From NCBI GenBank assembly GCA_964016885.1, contig OZ024742.1:369520001-369584000 (forward strand): DNA of 64,000 nucleotides. The letters are read 5' to 3'. The position numbers were made by a program, and so were the translations under genes. A model generated the notes under the pieces. That model worked only from the letters and a program-made list of their open reading frames with translations. It had not been told where the DNA came from and did no database searches. Origin of the DNA: Eledone cirrhosa. Lineage: Eukaryota. This document shows positions 1-15,000 of the stretch, in pieces; the first letter of the stretch is position 1, and each line of letters begins with the position of its first letter.

Positions 1-3000
1 TTGGCCAGTGATGTCTGGTCTATATACAGTGTTATGAGCAACTGTACAGATGTCATGTTCAGATGTTGTATGATCGCCATATTATATCTGTTGGCCAGTG
101 ATGTCTGGTCTATATACAGTGTTATGAGCAACTCTAAAGATGTCATGTTCAAATGTTGTATGATCACCATATTATATCTGTTGGCCAGTGATGCCTGGTC
201 TATATACAGTGTTATGAGCAACTCTACAGATCTCTTGTTCAAATGTTGTATGATCACCATATTATATCTGTTGGCCAGTGATGCCTGGTCTATATACAGT
301 AATATGAGCAACTCTACAGATGTCATGTTCAAATGTTGTATGATCACCATATTATATCTGTTGGCCAGTGATGTCTGGTCTATATACAGTGTTATGAGCA
401 ACTGTACAGATGTCATGTTCAAATGTTGTATGATCGCAATATTATATCTGTTGGCCAGTGATGTCTGGTCTATATACAGTGTTATGAGCAACTGTACAGA
501 TGTCATGTTCAAATGTTGTATGATCACCATATTATATCTGTTGGCCAGTGATGCCTGGTCTATATACAGTGTTATGAGCAACTCTACAGATCTCTTGTTC
601 AAATGTTGTATGATCACCATATTATATCTGTTGGCCAGTGATGTCTGGTCTATATACAGTGTTATGAGCAACTGTACAGATGTCATGTTCAAATGTTGTA
701 TGATCACCATATTATATCTGTTGGCCAGTGATGTCTGGTCTATATACAGTAATATGAGCAACTCTACAGATGTCATGTTCAAATGTTGTATGATCACCAT
801 ATTATATCTGTTGGCCAGTGATGTCTGGTCTATATACAGTGTTATGAGCAACTGTACAGATGTCATGTTCAAATGTTGTATGATCGCAATATTATATCTG
901 TTGGCCAGTGATGTCTGGTCTATATAGAGTGTTATGAGCAACTGTACAGATGTCATGTTCAAATGTTGTATGATCACCATATTATATCTGTTGGCCAGTG
1001 ATGTCTGGTCTATATACAGTGATATGAGCAACTCTACAGATCTCATGTTCAAATGTTGTATGATCACCATATTATATCTGTTGGCCAGTGATGTCTGGTC
1101 TATATACAGTGTTATGAGCAACTGTACAGATGTCATGTTCAAATGTTGTATGATCACCATATTATATCTGTTGGCCAGTGATATCTGGTCTATATACAGT
1201 GTTATGAGCAACTGTACAGATGTCATGTTCAGATGTTGTATGATCACCATATTATATCTGTTGGCCAGTGATGTCTGGTCTATATACAGTGTTATGAGCA
1301 ACTGTACAGATGTCATGTTCAAATGTTGTATGATCACCATATTATATCTGTTGGCCAGTGATATCTGGTTTATATACACTGTTATGAGCAACTCTACAGA
1401 TCTCATGTTCAAATGTTATATGATCACCATATTATATCTGTTGGCCAGTGATATCTGGTCTATATACACTGTTATGAGCAACTGTACAGATGTCATGTTC
1501 AAATGTTATATGATCACCATATTATATCTGTTGGCCAGTGATATCTGGTCTATATACAGTGTTATGAGCAACTCTACAGATCTCTTGTTCAAATGTTGTA
1601 TGATCACCATATTATATCTGTTGGCCAGTGATGTCTGGTCTATATACAGTGTTATGAGCTACTCTAAAGATGTCATGTTCAGATGTTGTATGATAACCAT
1701 ATTATATCTGTTGGCAAGTGATGTCTGGTCTATATACAGTGTTATGAGCTACTCTAAAGATGTCATGTTCAGATGTTGTATGATAACCATATTATATCTG
1801 TTGGCAAGTGATGTCTGGTCTATATACAGTGTTATGAGCAACTGTACAGATGTCATGTTCAAAAGTTGTATGATCACCATGTTATATCTGTTGGCCAGTG
1901 ATATCTGGTCTATATCCAGTGTTATGAGCAACTGTACAGATCTCATGTTCAAATGTTGTATGATCACCATATTATATCTGTTGGCCAGTGATGTCTGGTC
2001 TATATACAGTGTTATGAGCAACTCTACAGATGTCATGTTGAAATGTTGTATGATCACCATATTATATCTGTTGGCCAGTGATGTCTGGTCTATATACAGT
2101 GTTATGAGCAACTCTACAGATGTCATGTTCAAATGTTGTATGATCACCATATTATATCTGTTGGCCAGTGATGTCTGGTCTATATACAGTGATATGAGCA
2201 ACTCTAAAGACCTCATGTTCAATTGTTATATGATCACCATATTATATCTGTTGGCCAGTGATGTCTGGTCTATATACAGTGTTATGAGCAACTCTACAGA
2301 TGTCATGTTCAAATGTTGTATGATCACCATATTATATCTGTTGACCAGTGATGTCTGGTCTATATACAGTGATATGAGCAACTCTACAGATGTCATGTTC
2401 AAATGTTGTATGATCACCATATTATATCTGTTGGCCAGTGATGTCTGGTCTATATACAGTGTTATGAGCAACTGTACAGATGTCATGTTCGAATGTTGTA
2501 TGATAACCATATTATATCTGTTGGCCAGTGATGTCTGGTCTATATACAGTGTTATGAGCAACTCTACAGATCTCATGTTCAAATGTTGTATGATCACCAT
2601 ATTATATCTGTTGGCCAGTGATGTCTGGTCTATATACAGTGTTATGAACAACTCTACAGATCTCTTGTTCAAATGTTGTATGATCACCATATTATATCTG
2701 TTGGCCAGTGATGTCTGGTCTATATACAGTGTTATGAGCAACTCTACAGATCGCATGTTCAAATGTTGAATGATCACCATATTATATCTGTTGGCCAGTG
2801 ATGTCTGGTCTATATACAGTGTTATGAGCAACTGTACAGATGTCATGTTCAAATGGTGTATGATCACCATATTATATCTGTTGGCCAGTGATCTCTGGTC
2901 TATATACAGTGTTATGAGCAACACTACAGATCTCATGTTCAAATGTTGTATGATCACCATATTATATCTGTTGGCCAGTGATGTCTGGTCTATATACAGT

Positions 3001-6000
3001 GTTATGAGCAACTCTACAGATATCTTGTTCAAATGTTGTATGATCACCTTATTATATCTGTTGGCCAGTGATGTTTGGTCTATATACAGTGTTATGAGCA
3101 ACTCTACAGATCTCATGTTCAAATGTTGTATGATCACCATATTATATCTGTTGGCCAGTGATGTCTGGTCTATATACAGTGTTATGAGCAACTCTACAGA
3201 TATCTTGTTCAAATGTTGTATGATCACCATATTATATCTGTTGGCCAGTGATGTTTGGTCTATATACAGTGTTATGAGCAACTCTACAGATCTCATGTTC
3301 AAATGTTGTATGATCATCATATTATATCTGTTGGCCAGTGATGTCTGGTCTATATACAGTGTTATGAGCAACTCTACAGATATCTTGTTCAAATGTTGTA
3401 TGATCACCATATTATATCTGTTGGCCAGTGATGTTTGGTCTATATACAGTGTTATGAGCAACTGTACATATGTCATGTTCAAATGTTGTATGATCACCAT
3501 ATTATATCTGTTGGCCAGTGATGTCTGGTCTACATACAATGTTATGAGCAACTGTACAGATGTCATGTTCAAATGTTGTATGATCACCATATTATATCTG
3601 TTGGCCAGTGATATCTGGTCTATATACAGTGATATGAGCAACTCTACAGATGTCATGTTCAAATGTTGTATGATCGCAATATTATATCTGTTGGCCAGTG
3701 ATGTCTGGTCTATATACAGTGTTATGAGCAACTCTACAGATGTCATGTTCAAATGTTGTATGATCACCATATTATATCTGTTGACCAGTGATGTCTGGTC
3801 TATATACAGTGATATGAGCAACTCTACAGATGTCATGTTCAAATGTTGTATGATCACCATATTATATCTGTTGGCCAGTGATGTCTGGTCTATATACAGT
3901 GTTATGAGCAACTCTAAAGACCTCATGTTCAAATGTTATATGATCACCATATTATATCTGTTGGCCAGTGATGTCTGGTCTATATACAGTGTTATGAGCA
4001 ACTGTACAGATGTCATGTTCAAATGTTGTATGATCACCATATTATATCTGTTGGCCAGTATGTCTGGTCTATATACAGTGTTATGAGCAACTCTACAGAT
4101 CTCATGTTCAAATGTTGTATGAAAACCATATTATATCTGTTGGCCAGTGATGTCTGGTCTATATACAGTGTTATGAGCAACTGTACAAATGTCATGTTCA
4201 AATGTTGTATGATCACCATATTATATCTCTTGGCCAGTGATGTTTGGTCTATATACAGTGTTATTAGCAACTGTACAGATGTCATGTTCAAATGTTGTAT
4301 GATCACCATATTATATCTGTTGGCCAGTGATGACTGGTCTATATACAGTGTTATGAGCAACTCTACAGATCTCATGTTCAAATGTTGTATGATCACCATA
4401 TTATGTCTGTTGGCCAGTGATGTCTGGTCTATATACAGTGTTATGAGCAACTCTACAGATGTCATGTTCAAATGTTGTATGATCACCATAATATATATAT
4501 TGGCCAGTGATGTCTGGTCTATATACAGTGTTATGAGCAACTCTACAGATCGCATGTTCAAATGTTGTATGATCACCATATTATATCTGTTGGCCAGTGA
4601 TGTCTGGTCTATATACAGTGTTATGAGCAACTCTACAGATGTCATGTTCAAATGTTGTATGATCACCATAATATATATATTGGCCAGTGATGTCTGGTCT
4701 ATATACAGTGTTATGAGCAACTCTACAGATCGCATGTTCAAATGTTGTATGATCACCATATTATATCTGTTGGCCAGTGATGTCTGGTCTATATACAGTG
4801 TTATGAGCAACTCTACAGATGTCATGTTCAGATGTTGTATGATAACCATATTATATCTGTTGGCAAGTGATGTCTGGTCTATATACAGTGTTATGAGCTA
4901 CTCTAAAGATGTCATGTTCAGATGTTGTATGATAACCATATTATATCTGTTGGCCAGTGATGTCTGGTCTATATACAGTGTTATGAGCAACTGTACAGAT
5001 GTCATGTTCAAAAGTTGTATGATCACCATGTTATATCTGTTGGCCAGTGATATCTGGTCTATATCCAGTGTTATGAGCAACTGTACAGATCTCATGTTCA
5101 AATGTTGTATGATCACCATATTATATCTGTTGGCCAGTGATGTCTGGTCTATATACAGTGTTATGAGCAACTCTACAGATGTCATGTTGAAATGTTGTAT
5201 GATCACCATATTATATCTGTTGGCCAGTGATGTCTGGTCTATATACAGTGTTATGAGCAACTCTACAGATGTCATGTTCAAATGTTGTATGATCACCATA
5301 TTATATCTGTTGGCCAGTGATGTCTGGTCTATATACAGTGATATGAGCAACTCTAAAGACCTCATGTTCAATTGTTATATGATCACCATATTATATCTGT
5401 TGGCCAGTGATGTCTGGTCTATATACAGTGTTATGAGCAACTCTACAGATGTCATGTTCAAATGTTGTATGATCACCATATTATATCTGTTGACCAGTGA
5501 TGTCTGGTCTATATACAGTGATATGAGCAACTCTACAGATGTCATGTTCAAATGTTGTATGATCACCATATTATATCTGTTGGCCAGTGATGTCTGGTCT
5601 ATATACAGTGTTATGAGCAACTGTACAGATGTCATGTTCGAATGTTGTATGATAACCATATTATATCTGTTGGCCAGTGATGTCTGGTCTATATACAGTG
5701 TTATGAGCAACTCTACAGATCTCATGTTCAAATGTTGTATGATCACCATATTATATCTGTTGGCCAGTGATGTCTGGTCTATATACAGTGTTATGAACAA
5801 CTCTACAGATCTCTTGTTCAAATGTTGTATGATCACCATATTATATCTGTTGGCCAGTGATGTCTGGTCTATATACAGTGTTATGAGCAACTCTACAGAT
5901 CGCATGTTCAAATGTTGAATGATCACCATATTATATCTGTTGGCCAGTGATGTCTGGTCTATATACAGTGTTATGAGCAACTGTACAGATGTCATGTCAA

Positions 6001-9000
6001 ATGGTGTATGATCACCATATTATATCTGTTGGCCAGTGATCTCTGGTCTATATACAGTGTTATGAGCAACACTACAGATCTCATGTTCAAATGTTGTATG
6101 ATCACCATATTATATCTGTTGGCCAGTGATGTCTGGTCTATATACAGTGTTATGAGCAACTCTACAGATATCTTGTTCAAATGTTGTATGATCACCTTAT
6201 TATATCTGTTGGCCAGTGATGTTTGGTCTATATACAGTGTTATGAGCAACTCTACAGATCTCATGTTCAAATGTTGTATGATCACCATATTATATCTGTT
6301 GGCCAGTGATGTCTGGTCTATATACAGTGTTATGAGCAACTCTACAGATATCTTGTTCAAATGTTGTATGATCACCATATTATATCTGTTGGCCAGTGAT
6401 GTTTGGTCTATATACAGTGTTATGAGCAACTCTACAGATCTCATGTTCAAATGTTGTATGATCATCATATTATATCTGTTGGCCAGTGATGTCTGGTCTA
6501 TATACAGTGTTATGAGCAACTCTACAGATATCTTGTTCAAATGTTGTATGATCACCATATTATATCTGTTGGCCAGTGATGTTTGCTCTATATACAGTGT
6601 TATGAGCAACTGTACATATGTCATGTTCAAATGTTGTATGATCACCATATTATATCTGTTGGCCAGTGATGTCTGGTCTACATACAATGTTATGAGCAAC
6701 TGTACAGATGTCATGTTCAAATGTTGTATGATCACCATATTATATCTGTTGGCCAGTGATATCTGGTCTATATACAGTGATATGAGCAACTCTACAGATG
6801 TCATGTTCAAATGTTGTATGATCGCAATATTATATCTGTTGGCCAGTGATGTCTGGTCTATATACAGTGTTATGAGCAACTCTACAGATGTCATGTTCAA
6901 ATGTTGTATGATCACCATATTATATCTGTTGACCAGTGATGTCTGGTCTATATACAGTGATATGAGCAACTCTACAGATGTCATGTTCAAATGTTGTATG
7001 ATCACCATATTATATCTGTTGGCCAGTGATGTCTGGTCTATATACAGTGTTATGAGCAACTCTAAAGACCTCATGTTCAAATGTTATATGATCACCATAT
7101 TATATCTGTTGGCCAGTGATGTCTGGTCTATATACAGTGTTATGAGCAACTGTACAGATGTCATGTTCAAATGTTGTATGATCACCATATTATATCTGTT
7201 GGCCAGTATGTCTGGTCTATATACAGTGTTATGAGCAACTCTACAGATCTCATGTTCAAATGTTGTATGAAAACCATATTATATCTGTTGGCCAGTGATG
7301 TCTGGTCTATATACAGTGTTATGAGCAACTGTACAAATGTCATGTTCAAATGTTGTATGATCACCATATTATATCTCTTGGCCAGTGATGTTTGGTCTAT
7401 ATACAGTGTTATTAGCAACTGTACAGATGTCATGTTCAAATGTTGTATGATCACCATATTATATCTGTTGGCCAGTGATGACTGGTCTATATACAGTGTT
7501 ATGAGCAACTCTACAGATCTCATGTTCAAATGTTGTATGATCACCATATTATGTCTGTTGGCCAGTGATGTCTGGTCTATATACAGTGTTATGAGCAACT
7601 CTACAGATGTCATGTTCAAATGTTGTATGATCACCATAATATATATATTGGCCAGTGATGTCTGGTCTATATACAGTGTTATGAGCAACTCTACAGATCG
7701 CATGTTCAAATGTTGTATGATCACCATATTATATCTGTTGGCCAGTGATGTCTGGTCTATATACAGTGTTATGAGCAACTCTACAGATGTCATGTTCAAA
7801 TGTTGTATGATCACCATAATATATATATTGGCCAGTGATGTCTGGTCTATATACAGTGTTATGAGCAACTCTACAGATCGCATGTTCAAATGTTGTATGA
7901 TCACCATATTATATCTGTTGGCCAGTGATGTCTGGTCTATATACAGTGTTATGAGCAACTCTACAGATCTCATGTTCAATTGTTGTATGATCACCATATT
8001 ATATCTGTTGGCCAGTGATGTCTGGTCTATATACAGTGTTATGAGCAACTGTACAGATGTCATGTTCAAATGTTGTATGATCACCATATTATATCTGTTG
8101 GCCAGTGATGTCTGGTTTATATACAGTGTTATGAACAACTCTACAGATCTCTTGTTCAAATGTTGTAGGATCACCATATTATATCTGTTGGCCAGTGATG
8201 TCTGGTCTATATACAGTGTTATGAGCAACTGTACAGATGTCATGTTCAAATGTTGTATGATCACCATATTATATCTGTTGGCCAGTGATGTCTGGTCTAT
8301 ATACAGTGTTATGAGCAACTGTACAGATGTCATGTTCAAATGTTGTATGATCACCATATTATATCTGTTGGCCAGTGATGTCTGGTCTATATACAGTGTT
8401 ATGAGCAACTCTAAAGATGTCATGTTCAAATGTTGTATGATCACCATATTATATCTGTTGGCCAGTGATGTCTGGTCTATATACAGTGTTATGAGCAACT
8501 GTACAGATGTCATGTTCAAATCTTGTATGGTCACCATATTATATCTGTTGGCCAGTGATGTCTGGTCTATATAAAGTGTTATGAGCAACTGTACAGATGT
8601 CATGTTCAAATGCTGTATGATCACCATATCATATCTGTTGGCCAGTGATGTCTGGTCTATATACAGTGATATGAGCAACTGTACAGATGTCATGTTCAAA
8701 TGTTGTATGATCACCATATTATATCTGTTGGCCAGTGATGTCTGGTCTATATACAGTGTTATGAGCAACTGTACAGATGTCATGTTCAAATGTTGTATGA
8801 TCGCAATATTATATCTGTTGGCCAGTGATGTCTGGTCTATATACAGTGATATGAGCAACTCTACAGATGTCATGTTCAAATGTTGTATGATCACCATATT
8901 ATATCTGTTGGCCAGTGATGTCTGGTCTATATACAGTGTTATGAGCAACTCTACAGATCTCTTGTTCAAATGTTGTATGATCACCATATTATATCTGTTG

Positions 9001-12000
9001 GCCAGTGATGTCTGGTCTATATACAGTAATATGAGCAACTCTACAGATGTCATGTTCAAATGTTGTATGATCACCATATTATATCTGTTGGCCAGTGATG
9101 TCTGGTCTATATACAGTGATATGAGCAACTGTACAGAATATCTTGTTCAAATGTTGTATGATCACCATATTATATCTGTTGGCCAGTGATGTCTGGTCTA
9201 TATACAGTGTTATGAGCAACTGTACAGATGTCATGTTCAAATGTTGTATGATCGCAATATTATATCTGTTGGCCAGTGATGTCTGGTCTATATACAGTGT
9301 TATGAGCAACTGTACAGATGTCATGTTCAGATGTTGTATGATCACCATATTATATCTGTTGGCCAGTGATGTCTGGTCTATATACAGTGTTATGAGCAAC
9401 TGTACAGATGTCATGTTCAAATGTTGTATGATCACCATATTATATCTGTTGGCCAGTGATATCTGGTCTATATACACTGTTATGAGCAACTGTACAGATG
9501 TCATGTTCAAATGTTATATGATCACCATATTATATCTGTTGGCCAGTGATATCTGGTCTATATACAGTGTTATGAGCAACTCTACAGATCTCTTGTTCAA
9601 ATGTTGTATGATCACCATATTATATATGTTGGCCAGTGATGTCTGGTCTATATACAGTGTTATGAGCAACTGTACAGATGTCATGTTCAAATGTTATATG
9701 ATCACCATATTATATCTGTTGGCCAGTGATGTCTGGTCTATATACAGTGATATGAGCAACTGTACAGATGTCATGTTCAAATGTTGTATGATCACCATAT
9801 TATATCTGTTGGCCAGTGATATCTGGTTTATATACACTGTTATGAGCAACTCTACAGATCTCATGTTCAAATGTTATATGATCACCATATTATATCTGTT
9901 GGCCAGTGATATCTGGTCTATATACAGTGTTATGAGCAACTGTACAGATGTCATGTTCAGATGTTGTATGATAACCATATTATATCTGTTGGCAAGTGAT
10001 GTCTGGTCTATATCCAGTGTTATGAGCAACTGTACAGATCTCATGTTCAAATGTTGTATGATCACCATATTATATCTGTTGGCCAGTGATGTCTGGTCTA
10101 TATACAGTGTTATGAGCAACTCTACAGATGTCATGTTGAAATGTTGTATGATCACCATATTATATCTGTTGGCCAGTGATGTCTGGTCTATATACAGTGA
10201 TATGAGCAACTCTACAGATGTCATGTTCAAATGTTGTATGATCACCATATTATATCTGTTGGCCAGTGATGTCTGGTCTATATACAGTGTTATGAACAAC
10301 TCTACAGATCTCTTGTTCAAATGTTGTATGATCACCATATTATATCTGTTGGCCAGTGATGTCTGGTCTATATACAGTGTTATGAGCAACTCTACAGATG
10401 TCATGTTGAAATGTTGTATGATCACCATATTATATCTGTTGGCCAGTGATATCTGGTCTATATACAGTGATATGAGCAACTGTACAGATGTCATGTTCAA
10501 ATGTTGTATGATCACCATATTATATCTGTTGGCCAGTGATATCTGGTCTATATACAGTGATATGAGCAACTGTACAGATCACTTGTTCAAATGTTGTATG
10601 ATCACCATATTATATCTGTTGGCCAGTGATGTTTGGTCTATATACAGTGTTATGAGCAACTCTAAAGATGTCATGTTCAAATGTTGTATGATCACCATAT
10701 TATATCTGTTGGCCAGTGATGTCTGGTCTATATACAGTGATATGAGCAACTGTACAGATGTCATGTTCAAATGTTGTATGATCACCATATTATATCTGTT
10801 GGCCAGTGATGTCTGGTCTATATACAGTGTTATGAGCAACTGTACAGATCTCATGTTCAAATGTTGTATGATCACCATATTATATCTGTTGGCCAGTGAT
10901 GCCTGGTCTATATACAGTGTTATGAGCAACTGTACAGATCTCATGTTCAAATGTTGTATGATCACCATATTATATCTGTTGGCCAGTGATGTCTGGTCTA
11001 TATACAGTGTTATGAGCAACTGTACAGATGTCATGTTCCAATGTTGTATGATCACCATATTATATCTGTTGGCCAGTGATGTCTGGTCTATATACAGTGT
11101 TATGAGCAACTGTACAGATGGCATGTTCAAATGTTGTATGATCGCAATATTATATCTGTTGGCCAGTGATGTCTGGTCTATATACAGTGTTATGAGCAAC
11201 TCTACAGATGTCATGTTCAAATGTTGTATGATCACCATATTATATCTGTTGGCCAGTGATGTCTGGTCTATATACAGTGTTATGAGCAACTCTACAGATG
11301 TCATGTTCAAATGTTGTATGATCACCATAATATATCTGTTGGCCAGTGATGTCTGGTCTATATACAGTGTTATGAGCAACTCTACAGATCTCATGTTCAA
11401 ATGTTGTATGATCACCATATTATATCTGTTGGCCAGTGATGTCTGGTCTATATACAGTGTTATGAGCAACTGTACAGATCTCTTGTTCAAATGTTGTATG
11501 ATCACCATATTATATCTGTTGGCCAGTGATGTCTGGTCTATATACAGTGTTATGAGCAACTCTACAGATGTCATGTTCAAATGTTGTATGATCACCATAT
11601 TATATCTGTTGGCCAGTGATATCTGGTCTATATACAGTGATATGAGCAACTCTACAGATGTCATGTTCAAATGTTTTATGATCACCATATTATATCTGTT
11701 GGCCAGTGATGTCTGGTCTATATACAGTGTTATGAGCAACTCTACAGATGTCATGTTCAAATGTTGTATGATCACCATATTATATATGTTGGCCAGTGAT
11801 GTCTGGTCTATATACAGTGTTATGAGCAACTCTACAGATGTCATGTTCAAATGTTGTATGATCACCATATTATATCTGTTGGCCAGTGATGTTTGGTCTA
11901 TATACAGTGTTATGAGCAACTCTACAGATGTCATGTTCAAATGTTGTATGATCACCATATTATATCTGTTGGCCAGTGATGTCTGGTCTATATACAGTGT

Positions 12001-15000
12001 TATGAGCAACTGTACAGATCTCATGTTCAAATGTTGTATGATCACCATATTATATCTGTTGGCCAGTGATATCTGGTCTATATACAGTGTTATGAGCAAC
12101 TGTACAGATGTCATGTTCAAATTTTGTATGATCACCATATTATATCTGTTGGCCAGTGATATCTGGTCTATATACAGTGTTATGAGCAACTCTACAGATC
12201 GCATGTTCAAATGTTGTATGATCACCATATTATATATGTTGGCTAGTGATGTCTGGTCTATATACAGTGTTATGAGCAACTCTACAGATGTCATGTTCAA
12301 ATGTTGTATGATCACCATATTATATCTGTTGGCCAGTGATGTCTGGTCTATATACAGTGTTATGAGCAACTGTACAGATGTCATGTTCAAATGTTATATG
12401 ATCACCATATTATATCTGTTGGCCAGTGATATCTGGTCTATATACACTGTTATGAGCAACTCTACAGATCTCATGTTCAAATGTTATATGATCACCATAT
12501 TATATCTGTTGGCCAGTGATGTCTGGTCTATATACAGTGATATGAGCAACTCTACAGATGTCATGTTCAAATGTTGTATGATCACCATATTATATCTGTT
12601 GGCCAGTGATATCTGGTCTATATACACTGTTATGAGCAACTGTACAGATGTCATGTTCAAATGTTATATGATCACCATATTATATCTGTTGGCCAGTGAT
12701 GTCTGGTCTATATACAGTGTTATGAGCAACTCTACAGATCTCTTGTTCAAATGTTGTATGATCACCATATTATATATGTTGGCCTATGATGTCTGGTCTA
12801 TATACAGTGTTATGAGCAACTCTACAGATCTCTTGTTCAAATGTTGTATGATCACCATATTATATATGTTGGCCTATGATGTCTGGTCTATATACAGTGT
12901 TATGAGCAACTGTACAGATGTCATGTTCAAATGTTGTATGATAACCATATTATATCTGTTGGCCAGTGATGTCTGGTCTATATACAGTGTTATGAGCAAC
13001 TCTAAAGATGTCATGTTCAAATGTTGTATGATAACCATATTATATCTGTTGGCCAGTGATGTCTGGTCTATATACAGTGTTATGAGCAACTGTACAGATC
13101 TCATGTTCAAATGTTGTATGATCACCATATTATATCTGTTGGCCAGTGATGTCTGGTCTATATACAGTGTTATGAGCAACTGTACAGATGTCATGTTCAA
13201 ATGTTGTATGATCACCATGTTATATCTGTTGGCCAGTGATATCTGGTCTATATCCAGTGTTATGAGCAACTGTACAGATCTCATGTTCAAATGTTGTATG
13301 ATCACCATATTATATCTGTTGGCCAGTGATGTCTGGTCTATATACAGTGTTATGAGCAACTCTAGAGATGTCATGTTGAAATGTTGTATAATCACCATAT
13401 TATATCTGTTGGCCAGTGATGTCTGGTCTATATACAGTGATATGAGCAACTCTACAGATGTCATGTTCAAATGTTGTATGATCACCATATTATATCTGTT
13501 GGCCAGTGATGTCTGGTCTATATACAGTGTTATGAGCAACTCTACAGATGTCATGTTCAAATGTTGTATGATCACCATATTACATCTGTTGGCCAGTGAT
13601 GTCTGGTCTATATACAGTGATATGAGCAACTCTACAGATGTCATGTTCAAATGTATGATCACCATATTATATCTGTTGGCCAGTGATGTCTGGTCTATAT
13701 ACAGTGTTATGAACAACTCTACAGATCTCTTGTTCAAATGTTGTATGATCACCATATTATATCTGTTGGCCAGTGATGTCTGGTCTATATACAGTGTTAT
13801 GAGCAACTCTACAGATGTCATGTTCAAATGTTGTATGATCACCATATTATATCTGTTGGCCAGTGATGTCTGGTCTATATACAGTGATATGAGCAACTCT
13901 ACAGATGTCATGTTCAAATGTTGTATGATCACCATATTATATCTGTTGGCCAGTGATGTCTGGTCTATATACAGTGTTATGAACAACTCTACAGATCTCT
14001 TGTTCAAATGTTGTATGATCACCATATTATATCTGTTGGCCAGTGATGTCTGGTCTATATACAGTGTTATGAGCAACTCTACAGATCTCATGTTCAAATG
14101 TTGTATGATCACCATATTATATCTGTTGGCCAGTGATATCTGGTCTATATACAGTGATATGAGCAACTGTACAGATCACTTGTTCAAATGTTGTATGATC
14201 ACCATATTATATCTGTTGGCCAGTGATGTCTGGTCTATATACAGTGTTATGAGCAACTCTAAAGATGTCATGTTCAAATGTTGTATGATCACCATATTAT
14301 ATCTGTTGGCCAGTGATGTCTGGTCTATATACAGTGTTATGAGCAACTGTACAGATCTCATGTTCAAATGTTGTATGATCACCATATTATATCTGTTGGC
14401 CAGTGATGTCTGGTCTATATACAGTGTTATGAGCAACTCTACAGATCTCATGTTCAAATGTTGTATGATCACCATATTATATCTGTTGGCCAGTGATGTC
14501 TGGTCTATATACAGTGTTATGAGCAACTCTAAAGATGTCATGTTCAAATGTTGTATGATCACCATATTATATCTGTTGGCCAGTGATGTCTGGTCTATAT
14601 ACAGTGTTATGAGCAACTGTACAGATCTCATGTTCAAATGTTGTATGATCACCATATTATATCTGTTGGCCAGTGATGTCTGGTCTATATACAGTGTTAT
14701 GAGCAACTGTACAGATCTCATGTTCAAATGTTGTATGATCACCATATTATATCTGTTGGCCAGTGATGTCTGGTCTATATACAGTGTTATGAGCAACTGT
14801 ACAGATGTCATGTTCCAATGTTGTATGATCACCATATTATATCTGTTGGCCAGTGATGTCTGGTCTATATACAGTGTTATGAGCAACTCTACAGATCTCA
14901 TGTTCAAATGTTGTATGATCACCATATTATATCTGTTGGCCAGTGATGTCTGGTCTATATACAGTGTTATGAGCAACTCTACAGATGTCATGTTCAAATG

